Origin: Epithemia pelagica
Taxonomy: Eukaryota; Protista; Bacillariophyta
Direction of reading: 5' to 3'
Assembly: GCA_946965045.2 (NCBI GenBank)
Contig: OX337230.1
Span: 1,178,001 to 1,242,000, forward strand
DNA: 64,000 nucleotides
Each line of letters begins with the position of its first letter. Position 1 is the stretch's first letter. Below are positions 12,222-23,400 of this stretch, one piece after another. Both the position numbers and the translations under genes were made by a program. The notes under the pieces were generated by a model, which made no database searches, was not told the origin of the DNA, and saw only the letters and a list, made by a program, of their open reading frames with translations.

Positions 12222-14180
12222 TTAATCATATCGCTTCACCTTTTTGGATTGTTTGGAGGTGAAGTTGTCATAGTTGAGTTCCAGGTAGTAAGTTTCCTTT
12301 ACTGGTTTTCCGGATGGGTCGGTCGTGCGTTCTTCGTGAAGCTTCATTTTGTACACTCGTTCCCCGGGTGTGGGATTTGCACGCTTTTCAAAGAATAACT
12401 GTACTCGATTTCGATCTTGATCGGTCAAACGGTTGGATTTGGTGCTCAACAACTTTTGCCAGTTTAACTGCCGTGGGCCTGCCGATGCCGCCGCCCCTGC
12501 AGCTTCTCCACCAAGGTTGGAAGGAGCTGCCATTACGGAATTGGCGGCAGCCACCTTTGATTGGTACTTGGACAGTGCTGCAGCGGCCAAATCATTAGCC
12601 GTATTTTGGTCGTCTATTGGTGGATTTGGATTTGGAGATGGTGATTGTTTTGGAGGACTCTGTGTTGGGACGTTTTGCTGCTGCTCAGATTGATACTTGG
12701 ACAAGGCCGCGGCCGCCAACGCACTCGCTGAAGCGCTATTGCTTTCTCTGATATGAGGGACCTCGACTTCTTTTGGTTCAGGCTGTTGTTCTGCGGCTGG
12801 TTTAGAAGATTCAGGTGACTTTGTTGGCGTATCAGATCCTGTTCTAGGTTCGGCTTTGGAAGTAGAATTCTTTTCAATCTTTGCCGCTTTCGCTGTCACC
12901 TTGCTGCTCAGAAGGGATTTGCGTTTCATTCCCGCCGACAATTTTTGCTGGGGCTGGTCTTGTTGTTGAGCTAGACTAGAAGCTTCGGTATCGTCAATCA
13001 TTTTCATTTTGGAACGACCACCGGCTCCGGCCGCCGAAGCCTTGAGAGCTCGTCCACCAAATCGAGAGGCTGCATTTGATTTTCCCAGCAAGCTACCCCG
13101 TGCATTGGTCCCACCTGGTCTTCCGCTGCCAGCCGCTGTATTCGTTTGTAGCTGCCGTCCTTTCCCAACTAATCGTTGAGCAGCACCCGTCTTTCGAACA
13201 TGCAAACCAGTACGTTTGACATTGGATCCTCCGGCCATGGTTGCAGCAGGTTTTTTGGTCATAAACATGGATGTTTTGGGTCTGTCTACTGCCGGTTTCT
13301 TTTTGGCTGTCGTCCCTGTTGTGTCATCAGGCTTGCGTTTGCGGTTCATCCCTGGCATGTATGCCATTGGAGTCGCTGCTGATCCCGACGAACGATCCGA
13401 AGAACCCGAAACAGTCCTTTGAGAAGGCCCCTTTTGTTGAGCATGTTCCGATTCCTCCTTGGCTCGGTCCATTTCTAATTTGGCATCCAGTGCGAGTATC
13501 GACGCATCTTCATTTACGGTGAAGTGTGGATTGGGGCCCATGGCATCAGGAATTGTTTCCTTCAAAAGATCCGGATTCAGCAAAGAATATCGATACGGAG
13601 CCATTAATGGATCAAAATCAGTCGTTATCAGCGAAAGAACGTCAGAAGAAGATTCTTCCTCACTTTGTTTCGATGCGTTGTCTGCCACTTGTTCCACTTT
13701 CATGATAATGTCATCACAGGTCTTGTCCAAGAGCTTTTTGGCTTCCTCGCCATAACTTTGGCTCCCGTTCTCGTCATCTTCTTTGAACATGATTCCCTGA
13801 ATCAGACCAGCCACTACTCGGACCCACTCTTCATAACGATGGGCGAGCCTCTCCTCTTCCGTTAAACCATCCAAATCTTGATCGCCACTCCCTTGAGCTT
13901 GGCGCAAGATTTTAAAAATAACACTGTCCAGCTCTGGTTCTGGCTCCAGTCCGAGCATTCCAATCAAGATCCTCATTTGACTTATCTTGTCTGATTTAGA
14001 CAGAACCTGAGAAATGTTTCTCAAGTATTCGCTCTCTGTTACATCGCCACGCAAAGCTGGAGTGGTCACCGTCTTGGTCAAATCCAACGACGAGAAGGGG
14101 CCTCGTAGCTTGGACTCGACTGCCGTGAGAAACAAGTCCAAGTCTACATCTTTTCCCGATCCATTCCTACTGTAGGCCAT
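12222..14180 (-). CDS. NELFA: Negative elongation factor A-like protein, 652 aa, intronless
   Basis: By-eye match to metazoan NELF-A at both ends. N-terminal: LRNISQVL..ISQMRILIGMLGL, EEWVRVVAGLI, PYRYSLLNPDLL, PHFTV. Middle: KMKMIDDTE. C-terminal: SNRLTDQDRNRVQLFF..RANPTPGERVYKMKLHEE..ETYYLELNYDNFTSKQSKK. A low-complexity linker lies between. Confidence 0.7.
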   Translation of the reverse strand: MAYSRNGSGKDVDLDLFLTAVESKLRGPFSSLDLTKTVTTPALRGDVTESEYLRNISQVLSKSDKISQMRILIGMLGLEPEPELDSVIFKILRQAQGSGDQDLDGLTEEERLAHRYEEWVRVVAGLIQGIMFKEDDENGSQSYGEEAKKLLDKTCDDIIMKVEQVADNASKQSEEESSSDVLSLITTDFDPLMAPYRYSLLNPDLLKETIPDAMGPNPHFTVNEDASILALDAKLEMDRAKEESEHAQQKGPSQRTVSGSSDRSSGSAATPMAYMPGMNRKRKPDDTTGTTAKKKPAVDRPKTSMFMTKKPAATMAGGSNVKRTGLHVRKTGAAQRLVGKGRQLQTNTAAGSGRPGGTNARGSLLGKSNAASRFGGRALKASAAGAGGRSKMKMIDDTEASSLAQQQDQPQQKLSAGMKRKSLLSSKVTAKAAKIEKNSTSKAEPRTGSDTPTKSPESSKPAAEQQPEPKEVEVPHIRESNSASASALAAAALSKYQSEQQQNVPTQSPPKQSPSPNPNPPIDDQNTANDLAAAALSKYQSKVAAANSVMAAPSNLGGEAAGAAASAGPRQLNWQKLLSTKSNRLTDQDRNRVQLFFEKRANPTPGERVYKMKLHEERTTDPSGKPVKETYYLELNYDNFTSKQSKKVKRYD

Positions 14181-14454
14181 GGTTCAATTACCGAACACAC
14201 GATGAAGAAACAAGCAAATGAACCATAGACACAGCTCGATTCATCGCAAGCGCTATATTTTGCCGATTGTGTAACATGTGATCGTCGGTGGGAGGTCGGA
14301 GAACGACGTTCAGCCCCCAAATACAAATGGGGTGCATGACCCCCTTTTCGGGCTTCTTTTGCTACCTGTTACCTGTTGGTCTTCTCTTCTACTCCTACTC
14401 CTGAAAGACGTCGAAAAGGAAAACGTAACCCTATCCAGTTATAACCATTAACTC

Positions 14455-15417
14455 CTATTCATCATCGTCTTCTTCTTCATCGGTCTGATGAAAGAAATAC
14501 GAAAGGGTCACACTTCGAACATAGCTAACCTGGGGATCCTTGAGAATTTCAGGGTCGATAAAAAAGAACACTGGCATGTCCACGGTTTCACCCGGCAAAA
14601 GCCGTTGCTCTTCGAAGCAAAAACATTGAATCTTTTGAAAGTACAGCCCAACTTTAGCAGGATGCACATTGTAGGTTGCAACTCCAGTAATGGCTTTGTC
14701 ACTTTTATTCGTCACTCGGAAAAACGACAAGGCCGTCTCACCTGGAACCACCTTCACATCCAACTGTACCGGTGTAAAGGTCCACGGCATAATGTCATCT
14801 ACGGTTGTGTCAAACCGAACGGTGATCAAATCGGCATTCTCGACGGGTCTCAACGAAGCCAATTTGGCGGCTGCCTCTTCGTCCGTCCAGGTGTGTACAC
14901 GTGCCGAGGACTTGGATGGACTTCCTGTGATGGATCCAGCAGTTTCCAAGGCTGCATTGAGAAGACGTTCGAGTGGATCCATTTCTTCCAAATCTTTCTG
15001 ACCGATTCTAACTCGTTGTGTGGTCCCTCCAAACCCAGTTGTTTGACAAAAGACCTTGTACAATGGGACGGCTCCATAGGTTGCTCCCAGGGCACCCACG
15101 ACAACGGCGCCCATGTACCAGGCTGTGTTCACATTCCGTTGGTATTGGGTACTGCCACTGTCACCAGAGGTTCGTTTACTTCGTTTCCTTCCAAACAAAC
15201 GAAACCAAATCGTATCCTCTCGTTGTCGCCTGTAATAATCGTACGCCGCTCGTTGTGCTTGCGACATTTTGTTCTCGGACAATGACGATTGATCCACCTT
15301 GGCGGTGCTTGCCAGGAACCTTCTAGATCCACGCGACGATATACGTATCACATTGTCCGCTCTCCATATACATCCTGCCATCATGTTGCTTGAAAGTGCT
15401 CTTCGCGTTGGAAACAT
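14455..15417 (-). CDS. COX11: Cytochrome c oxidase copper chaperone COX11/CtaG, 320 aa
   Basis: Mitochondrial-type presequence, TM, YGAVPLYKVFCQTTGFGGT and YFQKIQCFCFEEQRL..DMPVFFFIDP..TLSYFF. Confidence 0.96.
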   Translation of the reverse strand: MFPTRRALSSNMMAGCIWRADNVIRISSRGSRRFLASTAKVDQSSLSENKMSQAQRAAYDYYRRQREDTIWFRLFGRKRSKRTSGDSGSTQYQRNVNTAWYMGAVVVGALGATYGAVPLYKVFCQTTGFGGTTQRVRIGQKDLEEMDPLERLLNAALETAGSITGSPSKSSARVHTWTDEEAAAKLASLRPVENADLITVRFDTTVDDIMPWTFTPVQLDVKVVPGETALSFFRVTNKSDKAITGVATYNVHPAKVGLYFQKIQCFCFEEQRLLPGETVDMPVFFFIDPEILKDPQVSYVRSVTLSYFFHQTDEEEDDDE

Positions 15418-15707
15418 CGTCGATGCGTTGTTTGTCGGATGCCGAATGTGTTTGTGTTTGTGGGGTGCTGGTGGGGGGAGAAAAATCTTTCTGTGTACAC
15501 TCTATATGTATTCTCCAGCGCTACAATTGTAGTCGCTGTTAGTTAGTTTTTGATGAGAAAATCAACGATACGTAACGATTTGATACTCCCGATCTCTGAA
15601 GGTAATTCTACCGATGGAGCTTAAATCCTCCACATTCGTGATCTTTCTTGTGCGTCCATCTCATTTTTCGAGTAGTCTCTTCAGATCCATGCACTCATGG
15701 GGACGCG

Positions 15708-16412
15708 ATGCGCCCGACTCTTGAACGCCTCCTTTTCCTTGTTTCTATGCTACGAGTAGTCTCCTCGTCACGGACCGCGTTTCTCTGCAATCATCACCGT
15801 TTCTCAGCGGCGACCAGAAGTGGAATCGTTGCATCCGGAATTGCCCCACAACGCAGCAACCACCAGCGAGCCAGAGTATCCACAATGTCGGCCGGTCCCA
15901 TCCAACAGCAAGAGGGTGACATGTTGTTTGGAAAGTTTGTCATTCCAAATGCCAGCATCTTTTATCGCTCTTCGAAATCATTTGCCTTTGTCAATCTTCG
16001 TCCCATTGTGCGGGGGCATGTACTGGTGGTACCAGATGCTGTGATCCAACATTTGGATGACATGTCGGAAGAGCAATACATTGATCTCTGGAAGACTGTT
16101 CGTATTGTCCAAAGAATACTGCGAGAAACGTATCCAGAATCCGCAGCCTTTAATGTGGCAGTGCAAGATGGTTCCGCGGCAGGTCAATCGGTTCCTCACG
16201 TCCATGTACACATATTACCTCGTTCGGCGGGAGATTTCAAACGGAATGATGATGTTTATGATAAGCTGCAAGCATGGGCACCCAGAGAAGAGTTGCAGAC
16301 CAAGGTGGAACTGGAAGTCTTGCCAGATGAGGCGCGAAACGACCGGACTCGGCAACAAATGGCCGACGAAGCCGCTCTCTATCGAAGCTCTGTGGAAAAG
16401 TCAAAATTGTGA
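15708..16412 (+). CDS. FHIT: HIT-family bis(5'-adenosyl)-triphosphatase (FHIT-like) with N-terminal extension
   Basis: FGKFVIP, FAFVNLRPIVRGHVLVVP, AFNVAVQDG..AGQSVPHVHVHILPR..GDF..NDDVYD and RTRQQMADEAALYR. Confidence 0.9.
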   Translation: MRPTLERLLFLVSMLRVVSSSRTAFLCNHHRFSAATRSGIVASGIAPQRSNHQRARVSTMSAGPIQQQEGDMLFGKFVIPNASIFYRSSKSFAFVNLRPIVRGHVLVVPDAVIQHLDDMSEEQYIDLWKTVRIVQRILRETYPESAAFNVAVQDGSAAGQSVPHVHVHILPRSAGDFKRNDDVYDKLQAWAPREELQTKVELEVLPDEARNDRTRQQMADEAALYRSSVEKSKL

Positions 16413-16669
16413 TTTCATGTAAAGAGCATTATTGGTTATCCCATCGAACACTATTCTCCGTACTTTTTCTCATTTGTCATACATCAAAAGTGATGAGATT
16501 GCTAGACGGATATCAAACTCCGGGTCGTTTAAAAGTATGATCGCGTTTTTATCGCGATCGATGGTTGACGTCATTTTTTCGAATGTCACCATTTTTTGTC
16601 TTGTCAACATGTTCATGTCTTGAGAGAGAGCGCATAAAAGCAAACCCAATATTACTCGTTCGATATTAC

Positions 16670-18013
16670 ATGATGATGATACTGCAATTACTGTTTCTGG
16701 TGGTGGGATCTGTGGCTGCCTTTCATATTCCATTTAGCCCGACTCCAAGGACCACACAGTCGACCAACAGGAGATTTCCCACTTCACCATCCCAAGGACG
16801 AATCCAGGAGTCATCTCCCCGGCGGAGCCGTTCGTGGATTCAAGCAGAAGCCACATCCTCATCTTCGGTCACGGACATTTCGTCCTTGGAAGCCAGTGTG
16901 GACAGTTTGAAACGCACCTTGGAACGAGAATATGCCTCCTTCTTTTCTCCCATGGAACGAGACTATTATGCCGATGCTGTCACCTTTGATGATCCCATGA
17001 CGAGTTTGGAAGGGATTGATGCCTACCAACGCAATGTGGACATGCTGTCGGGCAAAAATATCATGGGCAAGATTTTGTTTCGCGATGCCGGCATTGTCTT
17101 GCACAAGGTGACGGGGGGCACGGTCACCAACGACAACAACAACAAGATTACCATTGACAATCTCATTACTCGATGGACCTTACGATTTACCTTTCAAGCC
17201 CTGCCGTGGCAACCCACGGCCCGATTTTCTGGAATTTCGGTCTACGAGGTTGCACCCGGTGGACCCAAGGGTGTCCAAGTTACGAAACAAACGGATTATT
17301 GGGATTCGATCAACTTGGTACCCAACCAAAATGTGGACGGCAAACTCGCCGAAAAAGATCAATATCAATCTGTGCCCACATCACAAGCTCTGTCGGATTT
17401 TGTCAATCAATTGAAACCATCATCCAATTTTGCCGCCCCTTCGGCCGGGAACGAATTGCCCTATCAATTGCTGCGACGCGGATTGGATTACGAAGTGCGA
17501 CGGTATCCAAGCTTTGTCGCCGTCCAAACCCCCTACGAACGTCGTGACCTTGGATTTTCCACTCTAGGAGCCTTTTGCACAGGTGGGCTGAATCCCTTGG
17601 CACCGGCTGTCATGACAATCCTGTCCGACAGCGACAAACCTGCAAATCCACAAAAATCCATGTTGTGGCCGCTGGCCTATGCGCCACCCGGGTCTCCATC
17701 TCCTCCCGCCACGGTCGTCGAGGCCGCTCAGGCCAAACAAGCGACCAACGCCGAGTTTCAAGACTGTGACATTGTGGTGCTTCCCGAACGAGTCGTTGCG
17801 GTTGGACGGTTTGCCGATGCCAGTGTCGAACCTGTCGTCCGAGCCGCCCATCGAGCCTTACGAGTGGCCTGTCAACGAGATGGTTTGACGGTCGAGGAGG
17901 AGGATGAATCTTGCCTGTCCTTTGCCCAATACGATGCTATTTTTAGTATGGGGGAACGACGAGGAGAAGTCTGGATAGAATTAAAAGAGGGTCAACATCC
18001 ATGGACCACCTAG
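16670..18013 (+). CDS. Plastid-targeted DUF2358 (SnoaL-like) + SOUL heme-binding domain protein
   Basis: Signal peptide ending VAA|FH, then an S/T/R-rich transit peptide. YADAVTFDDPM...TRWTLRF..LPWQP..FSG..DYWDS (DUF2358) and ELPYQLLRRGLDYEVRRYP...ERVVAVGRF...FAQYD..RRGEVWIEL (SOUL). Confidence 0.83.
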   Translation: MMMILQLLFLVVGSVAAFHIPFSPTPRTTQSTNRRFPTSPSQGRIQESSPRRSRSWIQAEATSSSSVTDISSLEASVDSLKRTLEREYASFFSPMERDYYADAVTFDDPMTSLEGIDAYQRNVDMLSGKNIMGKILFRDAGIVLHKVTGGTVTNDNNNKITIDNLITRWTLRFTFQALPWQPTARFSGISVYEVAPGGPKGVQVTKQTDYWDSINLVPNQNVDGKLAEKDQYQSVPTSQALSDFVNQLKPSSNFAAPSAGNELPYQLLRRGLDYEVRRYPSFVAVQTPYERRDLGFSTLGAFCTGGLNPLAPAVMTILSDSDKPANPQKSMLWPLAYAPPGSPSPPATVVEAAQAKQATNAEFQDCDIVVLPERVVAVGRFADASVEPVVRAAHRALRVACQRDGLTVEEEDESCLSFAQYDAIFSMGERRGEVWIELKEGQHPWTT

Positions 18014-18329
18014 CGAGTAATGAGAAGGTGTTTTTCGAATAGAGAAAGTTGCATCAATAGTTTTGGATTTGACTAGAATGTATTGGAGACTGCTTCCCAG
18101 AGCCACCAATTGGCAAGCTAGTAGCTCCTTAACAAAAGTAAGTGGGAATCTGGGAGCTCTTTCTTATTTATCCACATCCATCCCAATATCGTATGGTATT
18201 ACACACATGAGTTATCACTGTCTTCGTAGTCAGACAAACTTGCGATTCATGATATTTCTTCTTGAAAAAATGGTCTCAAAATGCCCAACCGATGGAGAGA
18301 AAAAGAATCTCCGAGGTTTTTTACTGCTG

Positions 18330-19904
18330 CTACTTGGGTGGGTGGTCCGTGTCGTTGTGGTGGTGGTGCGTGGAGGAAGGAGGAGGATGATGCACGACAA
18401 ACTCTTCCGTCATTTGACTTCCGACACTGTCTCCCATGTTAATTCCCAACAAGACACCCCATCCACCGGGAATCAAGACCGATCCCACTGCACCACCAAT
18501 ACTCGCAAAGGACAGACTGACCAATCGAGACAAGGCCAAAATGGTGGACTTTTTCAAAAAGCTCAACACCAACGAACCGGTATGTAGTTCATCCTTGTTG
18601 GACAAGGATTCGTCTGTTGTTGTCAATGCCGGCTGTGGTGGGGACGGCGATTCGGATTCCGTTGGTGGTTGTGTGGATGCCGGACGAGGACGACGACGAT
18701 AATGATTGCGCACATAAAGATAGTACCCAAAGGTGAGAATGATTTGATGCAGTGTATAATCGGACAAGTAGGCAATGAGATTGGCATCCCAACATTCGCG
18801 TGCCACGGCGGATGGAGTGGCGGTGGGTTCTCCCGCTTGCGTGCGACGTCGGGTCGCCGCAAAGGGATCCAAAGTCAACGTGTCCAATTGAATCATGGAC
18901 AAGGTTCGACTGGCGACAAACTCGTAAAATCGCATAATGGCGGTTACCGCGTGGTATTTCAAATACGCCGTCATGAGCCGTTCCGGAAAGACTTTCCAGC
19001 GTTTGTCCCATTCTTTCTGTAACGTAACGAAGACCACAACATCAAAAGAGGAGCGAAAACAAGACGCAGGATAGCAAGACACAATGAACAAGCATGAGAG
19101 AAAGACGGTCCATGAATTTTTGAAGCGCCGTGAAAAAGTCAATCGATACACCACAGTCGTTTGCGCTCCATGATCCATAAAACAACATGAGAAATCGTCA
19201 CAAGCTCAAAAAGCGTCAGATTTCAGCAATGGTATTTACATGTCAGTATCATCATTGCAACTGTGGTTTTCTTCAAGTGATGATTGTTGATTGGTGTGGA
19301 TGGGGGTTTTCTCCACCGTGTGTGCGCGTGTGTTGTGGGTGGGTGGACCTACCTCATTCCATTCTTCTGTTTGTTGTTCCGCTTCGTGAGAAGACAAGTT
19401 TCCTTTTTGCACATCTTCATCGAGGGCCATGTCATGTTTCAATTGATCGCTCATGTAATTGGAATAAATCAAGCCCCCTTGTTGCACCGTGACCCGAATG
19501 GCATTTTTGATCAAGGCGGACACATGAAAATGATCCAAGGCCCCTCGTCGATCTTGACACAAGGTACGGATTCCCAATAAGGAACGATGTTCGTGTCGCA
19601 TTTGCAAATATTTGGGAGAACCCAAGGAGGAGGAAGAATTGTTGTTGTTGTTGTTGTTGGTACTGGAAAAGGAGGAGGCCGATGTGGCCCAAACGTGCAA
19701 GGGCATCGAATCGGCGGTGGAGGACGATAATGAATTGGATGTGGACCACAGCGAGGACGATGCCGACGGGGAGAAGAAGGTGGTGGTACTCGCAGAGGGA
19801 GTCCCCCAACTGTCGTGATTGCTTCCATACCATCGCGGAGACAACCCGGAAGACGACGACGGCGAAGAGGGAATGCGAGTAAACGCAAGGACTCGATCCA
19901 ACAT
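18330..19904 (-). CDS. Hypothetical protein, probably 2 exons, ~410 aa, with a C-terminal Gly-rich hydrophobic segment
   Basis: Exon 19904-19353 ends at a gtaggt donor; exon 19016-18330 follows ttacag. Phase 0 gives EEWNE|KEWDKRW. C-terminus has ASIGGAVGSVLIPGGWGVLLG. The long intron could hide an additional exon. Confidence 0.6.
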
Positions 19905-20431
19905 GGTGGCGTTCGTTCCAGGTTCTAGTAGATTGCCAAAGGGTCTTTTCTCCCAATCGATTTCTTGGTTGTCTCCTTCTTTGCTTGAGCGTTTCGTTTC
20001 TTCCTTTTGATTTTGATCGATCGCTGTCGTCGCCTTGTTCTTCTGGAATCTTTTTTTTGCGTGTGGGTAGATGTCCAGGACTCGAAAGGGGAGTCGTGAA
20101 TCGAAACGGCGACCGAAGGACGGACGGAGTGAGCGCCAGGCGTGCTTCTCGCCGACCCGCGAGCGGCACGATCCTTTGCCCCTCTCACCACGTGCACCCC
20201 CAAATTGAGCGAGAGGATCAACAATGCGCAATGCGCACATCCATGTTCGTCCAAGAGATTCGTTAAGATACGGAGGCTGATTGACAATCACGACGAGCCT
20301 TTTGATTCCACCAGCAATCGATCCTCCTCTCTTGGTCCGAAAGCAAACAGAGGGAGAGTCTGACAGTGTCTACCCCAAGAGCAAGAAGGAAGAAGATCAT
20401 TCCATAAACTTGTGTAGTAGCCAAGACAATC

Positions 20432-23400
20432 ATGGAGCCTCCCGAAACACGTGGTACCATGGCCTTGCCTCTCTCGGATAGCAGCACCGGCGGTGGTGTT
20501 CATGTATCAGTGCATGTACCGACTGTCATGTCCTCGTTTTCATCCTTGGTTCAGCAACCTCAAACGCAACAAATTGCCAATTTTGATGCCAAAGCCAATG
20601 ACGATGTCCCCAATGGACGGACGGTGGCCGTCAATCCACAATTTGTGGTGTACACGGTCAAGAATGGCTTGATTCGTGTCTTGCATCGGCATTCGTCCTT
20701 ACGAACCTTGTTGCGGGCCCATTGGGAACAACGAGTTACCGATATTGTCTTTTTCAATGCCACTGCGGCGGGGGGCAGTCCGCTGTTGGCCTCGGTGGGT
20801 GGACCACCACCACCGACCCCAGCCGAACCGACTCCCAAAACTACCACATCCTCGTTGGTCTTGTGGAAATTGGTCCAACAGCCGACGGAAGTGACGGCCG
20901 ATATTTTGCTCAAACTCTCTTCGACGCGGACTTGCATGACGCAAATTGTATGGCATCCTCTCAATGCCAATCTCTTTTGTCTCTTGCATACGCACCCCAC
21001 GACACACCAACGCATGGTCACGGTCATGGAAACCAATGCCTTGCCCACACAAGCACCCACGGAACAATGTCCCTATCCCACTTGGGACTGGGATCCAACT
21101 ACTTCAACACAGTTATTTGGTACCATTGAGGCATTCTCGGCACAACACGAAATTACACATGTGGCCTGGAGTCCGGATGGTCGCTTTGTCTTGAGCAGTG
21201 ACTCGGCTGGACAAGTGGTCTTGTGGAATACCGTCCCCAAACCTTCCCAAGTGTGCATTGTGCAACCAGCGTCTCCAGAGAATCCAGTGGCGGTGACCAA
21301 GTGTTTTTTCTTGCCGCACAATGACAGTGTTCCCTCGGCCACTACAACACCAACAACACCGACGACGCTTCCCTTGACACCCTGTTTGGGAACGGCCACA
21401 CACGACAATTCGGTGCTCACGGTATGGTCCCCCGTCCGGGCCAGTGAAACGGGCTCCACCATTGCCCCTCGTCCTTTGCAAGTCGTGTCGTTGGAACACG
21501 AGTCGTCGTCGTCCTCCTCGTATGTCTTGGATGTGGTGTGTGGCTTTCCCACTCCCCATGGAGCGCCCGTTTCGAGTTTTGTCGTCCAAGCCGATCGACG
21601 TCACGGCATGATTTGGGCCTGGCATTTGCAAGCGCAATGGAGTAGTCATGGTACTGGTACGACAACGACACCACAACAAGCCTTGTGGTTGGCGGGAATC
21701 AATTATGTCGTACCCTTTACGACCCGCTATGCCATTTTTTCCTGCACCGTGTTTGCCACACCCACACACGATGTCGCCGACGAGGAGGAGGACGACGACG
21801 ACAAAGAACCACAACAACGTTCATCGAAACAGGATCCCTTGTTTGATACCAAACTCTATGCCTATCAAAGCAAATTGGTGCAATGTTTGACCTTGACCAG
21901 CACCATGTGTCGACCTCCAACCACGGTGGACTCTGTGACGGTGGCATCCGTCGCACCCGGAGTCAAGGTGCAACCCCTGTCGTCGTCTCCCACTCCACTG
22001 GCAGCTGCCGCATCGGTACCCGCCGTGACGGATATTGAATACGAAGAAGAAGATTATGATTATGATGGAGCGCAGGACGAGGACGACGACGACGACGAAG
22101 CGGAGGAGGAGGATGACAACGAGAAACCCAACACGGCAGACCCCGTGCCAGCTACCACTACTACTACCAGCAACAATCCCTTTGCCAATTGGTTGGGTGC
22201 CATTGCGGCCAAAACATCGGATCCAACCACGACAACGACGACGGCCACCACTACCACCAACAGTCCTCCCTTGCCTCCACCACCCAGTACGGCCACGCCT
22301 ACTCCACCACCACCAGGCACAACCGCAATGCCAGGAGGAGGAACCTATGCCGTTCCTGTCGTCACGGCACCTCCTGCCAGTGATTTGCCGGCACCCGATG
22401 GAGAACCCTTGGCCTTTTTGTCTCCGAGTGATTTTGGATCTCCAGTCCAACCATCCAAACCAGAATCGGAAACCAACAACACCAAGAAAAAGACTAGCAC
22501 GGCGGTCACTGAATCCAACACCAAAAAAGCGTCCAATAACAACAAGTCGGGGAAAAAGAGCAACAAGCGGCAACCACAACAACAACAGGGGACCAGTGGT
22601 GGTACAGAGACACCCGTTGCGATTTTGAAACGTGACGCGACACCCAAACAATCCCCTCCTCGGACTCCGGCGACGACACAGACGACCAACAGCAACCATA
22701 ATGCGACGTGGTCCGATGCCATGGCTCGCGAAATTCGTCAAGTAGTCAAGGACGAATTGAAAACAACTCTTTTGCCGGCCATTAAAAGTACCATCAAGGA
22801 AACGATTCAAACCTCCATGGTCCGGCCCTTGCAAGCCTCTTTGGATCAATTGACCAAACAGGGCGTGACAGTGGACCAGGAGGTCCTATCCTCCAGTCTC
22901 GCGGAGTCGGTAGACCCACCCGTACGAGCAGCCATGGCCGATTGTATCAAGACGGTGGTCTTGCCCACATTGGAATCCGTCACCGGACAAGTACTGGAAC
23001 AAGTATCGCATAGTTTGGAAGCCAATGGCGGCAGTACCAGCAGCAATAGCAGTACGGCCAAGGATTTATCGGCCATGTCGGTACAATTGTCGACCATGAC
23101 CGAATTGGTGGCCGAATTGACACGTGAAGTTAAAACCCTGAGAGATGTTCAAGCACGTCAAGCCGCCACAGCCTCCTTGCAAGGACAACCACAACAGGTC
23201 TCACCCAATGCACAAGCACCTCATGGCAGCGGCGGTGGACCAGCGGCACCTCCCGTTCCTACGGTAGAAGACACCAAGACGGAAATTCGTCGCCTGTTGG
23301 CGGAACAAAATTTTGAAGCGGCCTTTACCAAGGCCGTGTCGGCCTCGACGGCCGAACTGGCAGTCTTTTGTTGTGCTCATGCCAATGTCAATCAAGTCTT

